Source: Pseudomonas phage vB_PaeM_RyC23_M4LORT. Taken from it: a stretch of DNA of 64,000 nt. A model generated the notes under the pieces. The model saw only the letters and a list, made by a program, of their open reading frames with translations, did not search any database and was not told the origin of the DNA. The position numbers were made by a program, and so were the translations under genes. Where the stretch lies: the sequence record PP781973.1; one strand, written 5' to 3'. Shown one piece after another: positions 54,428-64,000 of this stretch. Within the stretch, counting starts at the first letter, position 1. Every line of letters begins with the position of its first letter.

Positions 54428-57004
54428 ATGTCTAGTGATTTGGATGAATTCATACTTCGGTATGAGGCCGATACTGCCAGAGCCGAGCGCAATCTGGAGC
54501 GCCTCCAGAACCAGATCAGGCGCGTGAACAGCGCATCGACGAGTGGCCTTCAGGATTTGCGCCACTTCGCAGACGGCGCGGCCACTGAACTCGGCCGAGT
54601 CGTTCCGCAGATCGATTCTGTGACGAGCGCGATTCGCGGGATGAACGCGCAACTGGCGATAGGCGCCACTGGCGTGGCCCTGGTCGCGGCCGGCGTCAAG
54701 GCGTTCATGAACACCAGGGACCAGTACAATCAGCAGCGCATCCAGGCGATGGACATCGGCATCGCCCCGGCACGCTTGGAAGAGTACCAGAGAAAATTCG
54801 TTCGCCAGTCCGGTGGAACCATCAGCCGCGAGCAGGGCGCGGAGATGACCAAAAATCTGGCAGACACTTTCCGGCGTGCTTATCGCGATATCGGGCGAGT
54901 CGGCCCGGAAGCGCGAATTCTGCGTATGGCCGGCGTTGATGTCGGGAGCTTCCAAAAGGGCATGCGGCCGCTCAACGACATCATTACTGATCTGGCCACG
55001 AAAATGGCCAAGCTGAAGCCGGACGAAATTTCTGCCTACGCTGATGCCCTTGGCGTCTCGCGAGACTACCTGAGCACCCTGGCTAAGATCGGCCCGGCCA
55101 TGGGAAAAGTCACCGAGATGACGACTGCGGAACTCCAGTCCAGGGTCCAGGGCGAGTCCAACATTCAGAAATTCAACGATGCTCTGGCGAATCTCAACCA
55201 GACGTTCACCACCCTGGAAAACCGAGTCGGCGAAAAGCTCGCGCCTGCGTTCACCAAGCTGATCGAAATCATCGACAAGATAGTCCAGGCTATTCCCAAT
55301 GAAGTGGAAAGCTTCGCGAAGGACACCAAATCCCGTTGGGAAGATGGAGTGCTCGGGAAGGCGACCGTTGGCAGTGATATCCTATCCCTCCTCAGCCCCG
55401 GCGCCCTGCTCGGTCGCCTGGCAGCGTGGGGGACTCGTCGCGGCATGGAAGAATCAGGGCTCATCGACAAGGACAAGGTTCCCGGCGCTCAAACCAGCGA
55501 AGACCTGGCCAAGAAACAAGAAGACCAGGACAAGGCTACTAAGTCCATGAAAGAGCTAGAGAAGCTGGCTGACCAGACCACGAAGTCTACCAATGATTTT
55601 GCGGTGGCGATCAACATGTTCAGTGGCGCGGTATCGTCGTTCGCGAATGCCGTTGACGAGCGCCAAGCTTGGGCAGCCTGGGCGGGGGAAATTGGTCGGG
55701 CGGTCGGTATGGGAAGCACCGCGCCGACTTCGCGGGCAACCGGCGTCTATCCGCACGCGATCTATGATCAGTCGAAGAGTGGCGCGGCCGGACAAGTCTT
55801 CGGCGAGCCAATCGGCGCCCAGTCTCTTCGCAATCGCATGTTCTCGCCGCAGCGCAAGGCAGAGCCGGTCACCGTTCCATCGTACATCAACGATATCATC
55901 AAAGATGCTTCGAAGATGTACAACATTCCTGAGCTGGACATCAAGAAACTCATATACACCGAAAGCCGATTCAACGCCAGGGCCACCAGCGAAGCCGGAG
56001 CGAAAGGCCTCATGCAACTGATGCCGGAAATCGCCAAGGCGTATGGTATCACTGACGTATATGACCCTCGCCAGAACATCCTCGGCGGAACGCGCCTACT
56101 GCGTGAAAACCTAGATCGAGCAAATGGCGACATGCGGTTGGCCTTGACATACTATCATGGCGGACTCGATCCGAAGAACTGGGGCCCAAGGACTCGCGCA
56201 TATCCGGGTTTGGTAATGAGCGCTCCAATCGAGCTGATGGAAGAGGCTCAGCGCAAGCAGAAGGCTGCGGCCATGACCGTCGCCAACGAGACGTTCGCCC
56301 CGGAAGGCGGCGACATGGACATTCGTCCCTATGATGGCGGGCGACTGGAAACCCCAGACCAGGGCAAGAAGGAAGATGAGCGCCGCGAAGCCCGTCGATA
56401 TGACGACAGGGTTGTGCGACCGGAAATTCGCATCATCGACCGCATGCCAGACCGCAGCGACGGCGAAATCCTCAAGATGTCTAGACGTCAAGAGGCCGAC
56501 CGGGCAGATTCTGGATTCCGGAAGTTCCCGAATCAAGTTCGCGGCGAGACCAAGCAGAACATCCAGGCTCAACTCACTGCAGGAGCCATCGCGCAAGTGA
56601 TCGGCGTTAACCCCAACCAGATCATGCGCCGCGAAATCAGCCGTTCTGACTTGCTGTTCGGATACAACCAAGCCATCCTGGGCAAGCAACAGGAGATCAA
56701 GGCCGCCGCGACCGAAGCCAACAACGTATTCCTGTCTCCAGCCAAGCTTGCCGAAGCCACGGCCAAGGTGAATGCCGCATCGCGAGAAATGGATATTCTC
56801 AGGACGTACGGCGAGCAACTTCTGAAGAGCGCTCCAGAGCGCGGCCAGGAGCTGACCATCGGTCGGATCGACATGTTGGTCAACGTCACCGGCGCGAATT
56901 CTCCGGAAGAGGCTCGTGAGATATTCAGCAAGCAGACTGCAGACCAGCTGACTACGGCAATCCAGGACGCTCAAAACGATTCCGCAACTAAGATACTCTA
57001 CTGA
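54428..57004 (+). CDS. tail tape measure protein with lytic transglycosylase (SLT) domain
   Basis: 858 aa; helical/coiled-coil; SLT motifs ...LIYTESRFNARATSEAGAKGLMQLMP...ALTYYHGG near residues 495-590. Confidence 0.8.
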   Translation: MSSDLDEFILRYEADTARAERNLERLQNQIRRVNSASTSGLQDLRHFADGAATELGRVVPQIDSVTSAIRGMNAQLAIGATGVALVAAGVKAFMNTRDQYNQQRIQAMDIGIAPARLEEYQRKFVRQSGGTISREQGAEMTKNLADTFRRAYRDIGRVGPEARILRMAGVDVGSFQKGMRPLNDIITDLATKMAKLKPDEISAYADALGVSRDYLSTLAKIGPAMGKVTEMTTAELQSRVQGESNIQKFNDALANLNQTFTTLENRVGEKLAPAFTKLIEIIDKIVQAIPNEVESFAKDTKSRWEDGVLGKATVGSDILSLLSPGALLGRLAAWGTRRGMEESGLIDKDKVPGAQTSEDLAKKQEDQDKATKSMKELEKLADQTTKSTNDFAVAINMFSGAVSSFANAVDERQAWAAWAGEIGRAVGMGSTAPTSRATGVYPHAIYDQSKSGAAGQVFGEPIGAQSLRNRMFSPQRKAEPVTVPSYINDIIKDASKMYNIPELDIKKLIYTESRFNARATSEAGAKGLMQLMPEIAKAYGITDVYDPRQNILGGTRLLRENLDRANGDMRLALTYYHGGLDPKNWGPRTRAYPGLVMSAPIELMEEAQRKQKAAAMTVANETFAPEGGDMDIRPYDGGRLETPDQGKKEDERREARRYDDRVVRPEIRIIDRMPDRSDGEILKMSRRQEADRADSGFRKFPNQVRGETKQNIQAQLTAGAIAQVIGVNPNQIMRREISRSDLLFGYNQAILGKQQEIKAAATEANNVFLSPAKLAEATAKVNAASREMDILRTYGEQLLKSAPERGQELTIGRIDMLVNVTGANSPEEAREIFSKQTADQLTTAIQDAQNDSATKILY

Positions 57005-57867
57005 TGAAAAAGAGAATTCTGCGAGTAACATTCAACATGCCTTATGGACCCGAAGTCATCCGCGAAGATCTGGATGTTCGGGTCCGGATTATGAAGGCTG
57101 CGTTGCGGATTCAGAACCGGGCGACGATGGAAATTTTCGGCCTCACCACTCAGCTGCGCGAGTCTCTTCTGTCGCAGTTCACCGCGTGGAAGCACCGGCA
57201 ACGTCAAGTGGGCAGGGAAGATGAATTGATGATCAAGGTGTCGGTGGAAGCCGGCTACTCTGACCAGGGGCGCGAGCAAGTTTCCAGAGTCTTTGTCGGC
57301 GAAGTTGCCATTGTCGATATCATTTCTCCGCCACCGGACATTGGAATCCGCATCCAGTGCTATACCAGGCAAATCGACAGGACGAAGACCATTCGGAATA
57401 TGCCGCCCGCCAACACGACGTTTGTCAAGTTCGTCGAGTGGGGCGCGAACGAAATGGGATTGAACTTCATCTGCGATACCAGTTACAACGATCAAGTTCT
57501 GAAGAATCCGGGCCGGTCTATCACTGTCGCGTCGGCAATCCTGGCGTCGATTCAGGATATGTACATGCCGGACGTGGCCGCGTTCGTCGATGACGACATA
57601 TTGATCGTGAAGGACCGCGATAAAGTCATTCGTCCGGATGAGGTGACCAACGTCAACTCGTTTGTTGGAATTCCATCTTGGTCTGAATGGGGCGTGGAAT
57701 TCCAGTGTCTGTTTGAGCCATCGATTCGTGTGGCTGGAGGCGTAGCGGTCGAATCTCTCATGAATCCAAGTGTTAATGGTAACTATGTAATAACTGCTCT
57801 GGAATACGATTTGGCCAGTCGGGATCGGCCGTTCTATATCAAAGTCATGGGGAGTCCAGCAGCATAA
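57004..57867 (+). CDS. putative baseplate hub / distal tail protein
   Basis: 287 aa; immediately after the tape measure; ATGA-coupled. Confidence 0.45.
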   Translation: MKKRILRVTFNMPYGPEVIREDLDVRVRIMKAALRIQNRATMEIFGLTTQLRESLLSQFTAWKHRQRQVGREDELMIKVSVEAGYSDQGREQVSRVFVGEVAIVDIISPPPDIGIRIQCYTRQIDRTKTIRNMPPANTTFVKFVEWGANEMGLNFICDTSYNDQVLKNPGRSITVASAILASIQDMYMPDVAAFVDDDILIVKDRDKVIRPDEVTNVNSFVGIPSWSEWGVEFQCLFEPSIRVAGGVAVESLMNPSVNGNYVITALEYDLASRDRPFYIKVMGSPAA

Positions 57868-58400
57868 TGGCCAGGGAAATCAAATCATTCAACATGTTCG
57901 GAGTTCACTATACTTCGCGGCAATTCTCTGCCGTCGATGGGCTCAGCATGATGTCGGAAATTCAGAGCGTGCCGCCAGAAGAATTGCTCAAGGGTACTGA
58001 TGTATTGGCGCATCCGGAAGACCATCCGGAAGGCATCTGGCTTCCATTGACTGCTGCGAACATCAATCTTTATGTCGTTGATCGAGCGAAAGTAATAGCT
58101 CCCGTACAAGTTCTTGCACTTCTGTCCGAAGTGGTAATCGACTGGAATTTTGGTTTTCTCAAAGACTGGACCGGAGTCAAGATTCCATCCAGATTTGTCG
58201 AAGATATCAAAAGCGTGAAGACGGCACATTCACCTTCTGTAGTTGCGAGTTTGGTGGCGAACGGTTCGGCCTCTATGCGCGAGTTGGAAGAGTATTATTC
58301 GACTCAAGATGCGTTTAAGATGATAGACATCATGACGGCGAAGAGCGTGAACGAGGCCTTGGCGTCCGAAGCATCGCACAACAGAATCAAAAAGGGATAA
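57867..58400 (+). CDS. hypothetical baseplate protein
   Basis: 177 aa ORF. Confidence 0.45.
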   Translation: MAREIKSFNMFGVHYTSRQFSAVDGLSMMSEIQSVPPEELLKGTDVLAHPEDHPEGIWLPLTAANINLYVVDRAKVIAPVQVLALLSEVVIDWNFGFLKDWTGVKIPSRFVEDIKSVKTAHSPSVVASLVANGSASMRELEEYYSTQDAFKMIDIMTAKSVNEALASEASHNRIKKG

Positions 58401-58431
58401 TTCCTAACCGGGCCTGGGAAGGCTATACTAG

Positions 58432-59121
<690 letters not shown>

Positions 59122-59175
59122 GGAGATTTTCATGGCAAGTTTTGATTTTTCTGATTTAACAGCGGGGGGGTTGTA

Positions 59176-60429
59176 ATGGCTAACTACAACTACATCGTCG
59201 ATACTGGTGTGATAGTCGCAGATACCGCCGACGTTCTGAGCGACGTTGAGGCCGAGTTCCGCGCCGCCCTCGGTGCCAATATCAACTTGGCCGCGAGCAC
59301 TCCGCAGGGATCGCTTGTCGCGGCCGAGGCCATCGCCCGTTCCAGTGTCATGCGGAATGAAGCGCGAATTGCCAATACCATAAACCCGAACGTTTCATTC
59401 GGAACGTTCCTGGACGCGATCTGTGCCTTGATGGGGATCGAGCGCGGTTCTGATCTGTCAACCTTCGGCTATGGAGTTCAAGTCACCGGCCGCAGCCAAA
59501 CCCGCATTTCCACCGGGTCTAGGGTCCAGACTCCGGCCGGCGCGATCTTCACAGTGATGAGCGATGTCACGATCCCTGCTGGTGGTGTCGCGACCATCGA
59601 TATCAAATCGCAGGAGTATGGCAACATTCCTCTGCCGGTCGGGAATCTCATAATCATCGACGGAACAATTGGGTGGTCCGGAGCAAAAGTCATCGCCTCC
59701 ACTCGCGTCGATCCGGGCAGCCGCCAAATGAGCGATGCAGAGTTGAAGAATGCCCGCGTTAATCGATTGGCCATCCAAGGCCGCAACTCGACTATGGCCA
59801 TCAAGGCGTATGTGAGCGCCGTTCCAAACGTCACGTCGGTGAACGTAATCGAGAACAACACCGGCGCCGTTCAAGTGGTGAATGGAGTCTCGTTTACCCT
59901 TCCGTATGCTGTTTGGGTCTGCGTCGCCGGAAACCCGGATAAACAAGCAGTCGCCGATGCGTTGTGGGCCGCCCATAACGGCGGAACTCCATGGGACTAT
60001 GGTGCGACGAACAACGGCGTCCCGGTGGACGGTCCGAACGGCGTTCCTGTGCGCGATCCGGCGTCCGGTCGAAAGTATGTCGTGAAGTGGACCACTCCAA
60101 TCATGTACGATGGATATGTTAACGTAACAGTCCAGCAAGGTTCCTCCTCTGTAGCTCCGGAAGCCATTCAGAACGCAGTGGTCAATTACGCCCAGGGGAA
60201 AGTGGAAGGGGAAGAGGGGCTGGTGGTGGGCGCGAGCCTGTCGGCATTCGAAGTCGCCGGAGCCATCGCTCGCGAAATTCCCGGCATCTACATCAAACTC
60301 TGCCAGGTCGCGTGCGTCGCGGCTGGCTCGCCGGCTCCGGCTCCGGGCGATTTCACTTCGGAATACGTCATGAGCGCATTCGGCCAGGCTACCATTTCCG
60401 TTGGTAACGTTCGGGTGACTTTCGTATGA
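59176..60429 (+). CDS. baseplate J-like protein
   Basis: 417 aa; size and position (after gpV-like, before gpI-like) match the Baseplate_J family. Confidence 0.6.
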   Translation: MANYNYIVDTGVIVADTADVLSDVEAEFRAALGANINLAASTPQGSLVAAEAIARSSVMRNEARIANTINPNVSFGTFLDAICALMGIERGSDLSTFGYGVQVTGRSQTRISTGSRVQTPAGAIFTVMSDVTIPAGGVATIDIKSQEYGNIPLPVGNLIIIDGTIGWSGAKVIASTRVDPGSRQMSDAELKNARVNRLAIQGRNSTMAIKAYVSAVPNVTSVNVIENNTGAVQVVNGVSFTLPYAVWVCVAGNPDKQAVADALWAAHNGGTPWDYGATNNGVPVDGPNGVPVRDPASGRKYVVKWTTPIMYDGYVNVTVQQGSSSVAPEAIQNAVVNYAQGKVEGEEGLVVGASLSAFEVAGAIAREIPGIYIKLCQVACVAAGSPAPAPGDFTSEYVMSAFGQATISVGNVRVTFV

Positions 60430-61940
60430 CTCTGCCTGCGTACAATTCGGACATCCAACAAGCTCTGAAATGGCTCCATAACCAGGCGCCTGGAATCACC
60501 GGCCTGATCCAGAGAAAGGCGCAATGGTATGACAGATTCAGCCGCCAATTCTGGGCCAACTGGGAGCGCGACGTTTTCCACTTGAAAACTGCCAACCCGT
60601 TCGGCCTTATGGTTTGGTGCATCATCCTCGGCACGCCTTCGAAAGGGTTCGGCCTTTATCCAAAAAACAGTTCTTGGGCATTCGGTCGGCTACGCCAGAA
60701 CTTCATCTATAGCGGTACACAAGTTCCGCCACCGGCAGACGCATCGCCTGGCGGCAACTTCTACGGTGGCGGCAATGCCGAAATTCTCAACTTGGACGAA
60801 ATCAGGAAAGTGCTTCAGCTAAGATATGTAGCGCTGATTTCTAACGGCTCGATTGCATATGTCAATCGCATGCTTCGTTACATATTCAATGATGATGAGC
60901 CATGGGACGAGGCGACCGGTCTGTACTTCTATCTCATGGACTCAACCGGCGAGAATGGCCCTGTGGAGAACTTGGCGATATATCGGAAAGATTGGGAAGG
61001 TATGGTGCTGTTGTCCAGTTCGCCCAGAACGAACCATGTGCTGACATCGACCCCTGCCAGCGACGCCGATTGGCCGGGAGTCGATCCGGCCGCGAGCGGT
61101 ATTCCGGTAACGGTCGAAACGGCGTCCGCTACGGCCCCGGACGGCTCCGCTACGGTGTGCAAGCTTACTAAGCCGGCCGGGAGTACTGCTTACGTCTCCG
61201 CGCCGATAGATGGGCCGCTGGGGTCCGGTAGCACTGTAACGTTCTCGTTCTTCGCGAAAGCCGGCTCCACCCGTTTCATTGCAATTCAGTCGGCTGCCGA
61301 TTTCCCCAGTCGAGCCGATGCCGTTTTCGACCTGGATTCCGGGAACGTGATCAGCGATCAGATGTTGGACAGCAGCGTGGTAAGCGCCCGAATGATTCGT
61401 CTGGAAAATGGCTGGTGGCGTTGCGTTCTCACGACCAAGACCGTCAGCTCTTCGTTCCGCGCTGCTTACGTCGCTCCGGCAGAAACCAACTTCAGCTGGA
61501 TTGATTCGAATTCCAGCGCGGCGATTGACGTGCTTATATGGGGCGCTCAGATCGAACTGGGTGATACTCCAACTGGATACTTGGAGACTACCGGGGCGCC
61601 CGTAACCATCACCGATTATGTTTTGCAGAACGCCCAGACCGGAACAGTCAAGTTCACACAGCCCCTTCCGACCGGAGTAGAAGCGTATTGGACTGGAGAC
61701 TGGAAAGGCGGGTCTGCGACCGAGCCGGCCAGATTCGCAGTAGGGGATGGGACTCAAGATGCATTCAATTTGTCCAGCCCTGCATACATCGGCCTACCCA
61801 CTAGTGGGGCGTTCAAGCTAGAATACAGAGTTGGTCCGGCGCTTAATTTGTCGCCGCAATTGATCAACCTCATGAATGACCGGGCGGTCGGTATCATGCC
61901 GACTTGCGCCGGTTGCGATGTAAAAGTCATTCAGGAGTAA
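60426..61940 (+). CDS. baseplate wedge / tail-fibre base protein (P2 gpI-like)
   Basis: 504 aa; ATGA-coupled to the J gene; gpI-like position; C-terminal Cys cluster CAGCDVKV. Confidence 0.5.
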   Translation: MTLPAYNSDIQQALKWLHNQAPGITGLIQRKAQWYDRFSRQFWANWERDVFHLKTANPFGLMVWCIILGTPSKGFGLYPKNSSWAFGRLRQNFIYSGTQVPPPADASPGGNFYGGGNAEILNLDEIRKVLQLRYVALISNGSIAYVNRMLRYIFNDDEPWDEATGLYFYLMDSTGENGPVENLAIYRKDWEGMVLLSSSPRTNHVLTSTPASDADWPGVDPAASGIPVTVETASATAPDGSATVCKLTKPAGSTAYVSAPIDGPLGSGSTVTFSFFAKAGSTRFIAIQSAADFPSRADAVFDLDSGNVISDQMLDSSVVSARMIRLENGWWRCVLTTKTVSSSFRAAYVAPAETNFSWIDSNSSAAIDVLIWGAQIELGDTPTGYLETTGAPVTITDYVLQNAQTGTVKFTQPLPTGVEAYWTGDWKGGSATEPARFAVGDGTQDAFNLSSPAYIGLPTSGAFKLEYRVGPALNLSPQLINLMNDRAVGIMPTCAGCDVKVIQE

Positions 61941-61944
61941 TGAC

Positions 61945-64000
61945 GTGATCACACCCGAACTGATACCCAGTCCGTTTGCTGCGCAGGGCGACAAAGACCC
62001 GATTCCGCAGACCTCTTCCACTGGTTTTGCCAACCTTCGCGACGGCTACACGCCGGACTACGAAATCAGTCTGGCGTCGAACAACCCGCAGGCCAAAGCG
62101 GTCGAGCGGAAAATTCAAAACCAACTCTTCTTCATCGCGACCCAGAACGCACAGGCGTGGCAGCGACAAATGGCACCGCCGTGGTTTCAGGGCATGCCTG
62201 GCGGCTACGAACAGAATGCAGAAGTCGTGCGCGTCGGAAATGACGGCATAATGCGGCGTTATCGTTCCATGGTGAATGCCAATGCGAGCGACCCTCTCAG
62301 CAGCACGACTTGGGAAGAACAACCCGCATGGTCGGCGATGCGCTCCAACATCCCGATGCCGGCCGGAGGCCCAGGCCTATCTTCTGGCGGAGAAGTCATC
62401 ACGACCGGCCGCAACTTCAACGACCTGTTAAATGGGACGTGGGAGTTCTTCTCTGATTCAGTGGTTATCGCTTCTCAGAATGCCCCCGTATATCCGGCTT
62501 CCGCTGGTGCCGCTGCTGGCATGTTGGAGGCGAAATCTTGGGTGTCCGGAGCCAATACGTTCTGCGTCCAACGCTACACTGATCGCGTCGGGAACGTCGC
62601 TGTGCGCGGGCTTAATGCCGGAGCGTGGACCAACTGGATGTATGCGGTAAACGTCATGGCCCTTCAACAAGGTCGGGTCACCTATGGAGTCGCGGCCGGA
62701 TCGGCGAACGCTTACACGTTGACGCTAGTTCCGCAGCTCCAAGGCGGCCTGGTGGATGGCATGATTCTTCGGGTCAAGTTCAATACCATGAACACCGGCG
62801 CCTCCACCATCAACGTCTCCGGACTCGGCGCCAAAGCCATCGTCGGCGCGGCCAACTTCCCTCTCACCGGCGGCGAACTTGGCCAAGGACTCATCGCTGA
62901 GCTTGTATTCGACGCAGCAGGCGACCGCTGGAGAATCCTCGCAGGCGCGTCACGCATCCAAGTTGGCAACGCCGATCAGGACTACCAGGCGCCGAGTTGG
63001 AAGCAAGTTAAAGACTATGTCGCGTCCCAAAAGCTCACCGAAGTGGATTGGACGGATGTCGTCAACAAGCCGAACGTCGCTATCCAAGATACAACGCCGT
63101 GGTTCGCCAATCTGGAGCTGTCCGATGCTCGGCCTTTCATCGATTTCCACTTCAACAGCAATCGCGCCAAAGATTTTGACTATCGGCTGATATCTGAAGC
63201 AGACGGATCGCTGGCTTTCTATTCGCGGCAGGGGTCTGCTGGGCCTACCCAGGACATCCTGTTCAACCGAAATTCCGTGACTTTCTTCCAGCCGCGACTC
63301 GATGTGGCGAAAAACCTCGCGTACATCGCGAACTCTGGCCCCCTTTGGCAGAACACCACCGCCGATCAGCCCGGTTGGAAATTCACCTTTGCACAAGGCG
63401 TGGACGCGAACAACAACGCGGTGATCGCAGTCAATACCACCAATCCGGACGGTTCCTATCGTTCACAGGTCATGCGATGGGACTGGGCGTCCACGAACGT
63501 CATATTCAACAACCGTCCGCTCTTCGCCGGTCAATACACCCCTTGGGATTCTGGGAACTTCGATCCTTCCACCAAGTTGACGGTGAGCGCCACGAACCAA
63601 ATCGCCGGCCCAACGGGGATTTGGAATACCAACGGCAACACCGGCAACATGAACACCTGGGGTTCCGGCTCCACGACGGCATCCTATGGCAATGCTGCCA
63701 TTCAAATCTTCGGAAAAGGGGGCGGTGAGCCTGCCGCGATCTATTTCGACAACTCCCAGACCGGATGGTATCTGGGCATGGACAAGGATGGACAGCTCAA
63801 GCGGGCCGGCTGGTCGCTCGGCAATAACTCCTATGTGATCACCGACGAATCCAACATCCGAACCCATATCAACACAATGGCTGCGCGCCCGATTTGGGGG
63901 AATGTCGAGTTCTGGGGTCCGTGGAACTTCGATCCGAATCTTAAACTCACTTTGAACGCTTTCAATGATAGCTCATACACCAGGATGACCAACAGCGGCG
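61945..64000 (+). CDS. tail fibre protein (partial, 3' end beyond the window)
   Basis: open frame from GTG 61945 (SD AGGAG 8 nt upstream) with no stop to the window end (>680 aa); N-terminus IPSPFAAQGDKDPIPQTS resembles tail-fibre N-termini; Gly/Asn/Thr-rich distal part. Confidence 0.6.
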   Translation, partial: MITPELIPSPFAAQGDKDPIPQTSSTGFANLRDGYTPDYEISLASNNPQAKAVERKIQNQLFFIATQNAQAWQRQMAPPWFQGMPGGYEQNAEVVRVGNDGIMRRYRSMVNANASDPLSSTTWEEQPAWSAMRSNIPMPAGGPGLSSGGEVITTGRNFNDLLNGTWEFFSDSVVIASQNAPVYPASAGAAAGMLEAKSWVSGANTFCVQRYTDRVGNVAVRGLNAGAWTNWMYAVNVMALQQGRVTYGVAAGSANAYTLTLVPQLQGGLVDGMILRVKFNTMNTGASTINVSGLGAKAIVGAANFPLTGGELGQGLIAELVFDAAGDRWRILAGASRIQVGNADQDYQAPSWKQVKDYVASQKLTEVDWTDVVNKPNVAIQDTTPWFANLELSDARPFIDFHFNSNRAKDFDYRLISEADGSLAFYSRQGSAGPTQDILFNRNSVTFFQPRLDVAKNLAYIANSGPLWQNTTADQPGWKFTFAQGVDANNNAVIAVNTTNPDGSYRSQVMRWDWASTNVIFNNRPLFAGQYTPWDSGNFDPSTKLTVSATNQIAGPTGIWNTNGNTGNMNTWGSGSTTASYGNAAIQIFGKGGGEPAAIYFDNSQTGWYLGMDKDGQLKRAGWSLGNNSYVITDESNIRTHINTMAARPIWGNVEFWGPWNFDPNLKLTLNAFNDSSYTRMTNSG

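Overview
Tailed-phage (or prophage) genome segment, GC-rich, with a contractile myovirus-type tail. Layout, left to right: (i) 281-16953, minus strand: early and replication genes (DNA ligase, MazG-like NTP pyrophosphatase, gp2.5-like SSB candidate, SNF2 helicase, VRR-NUC nuclease, DnaE-type Pol III alpha with a separate DnaQ-type proofreading exonuclease, HAD phosphatase, ThyX-like thymidylate synthase, FAD oxidoreductase, Dda/RecD-like helicase). (ii) 17122-22886, plus strand: prim-pol primase and a VirE-type primase/helicase, plus unknowns. (iii) A ~960-bp structured non-coding region (22890-23847) full of iteron-like repeats, then a putative small terminase. (iv) 24585-31319, minus strand: about 17 small genes, with at least six near-identical sigma70-type promoters (-10s at 25263, 27035, 28963, 29556, 31038, 31360). 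(v) Large terminase (31427-32872), the only plus-strand gene inside a ~14.6-kb minus-strand region. (vi) 32908-39215, more minus-strand small genes. (vii) 39396 to the window end, plus strand: portal (with a C-terminal inorganic-pyrophosphatase-like domain), MuF-like protein, scaffold, major capsid, sheath, two tube paralogs, tape measure with SLT domain, baseplate gpV/gpJ/gpI-like proteins, and a tail fibre that runs off the window. Most notable: a ~75-nt element conserved between the two largest intergenic regions, each with an inverted partner copy; the portal-PPase fusion; and a nucleotide-metabolism gene set (ThyX-like RTR variant, MazG, HAD, FAD enzyme) that could indicate dNTP-pool or base modification. 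No tRNA, rRNA or CRISPR was recognised. All function calls come from reading motifs by eye, with no database search.
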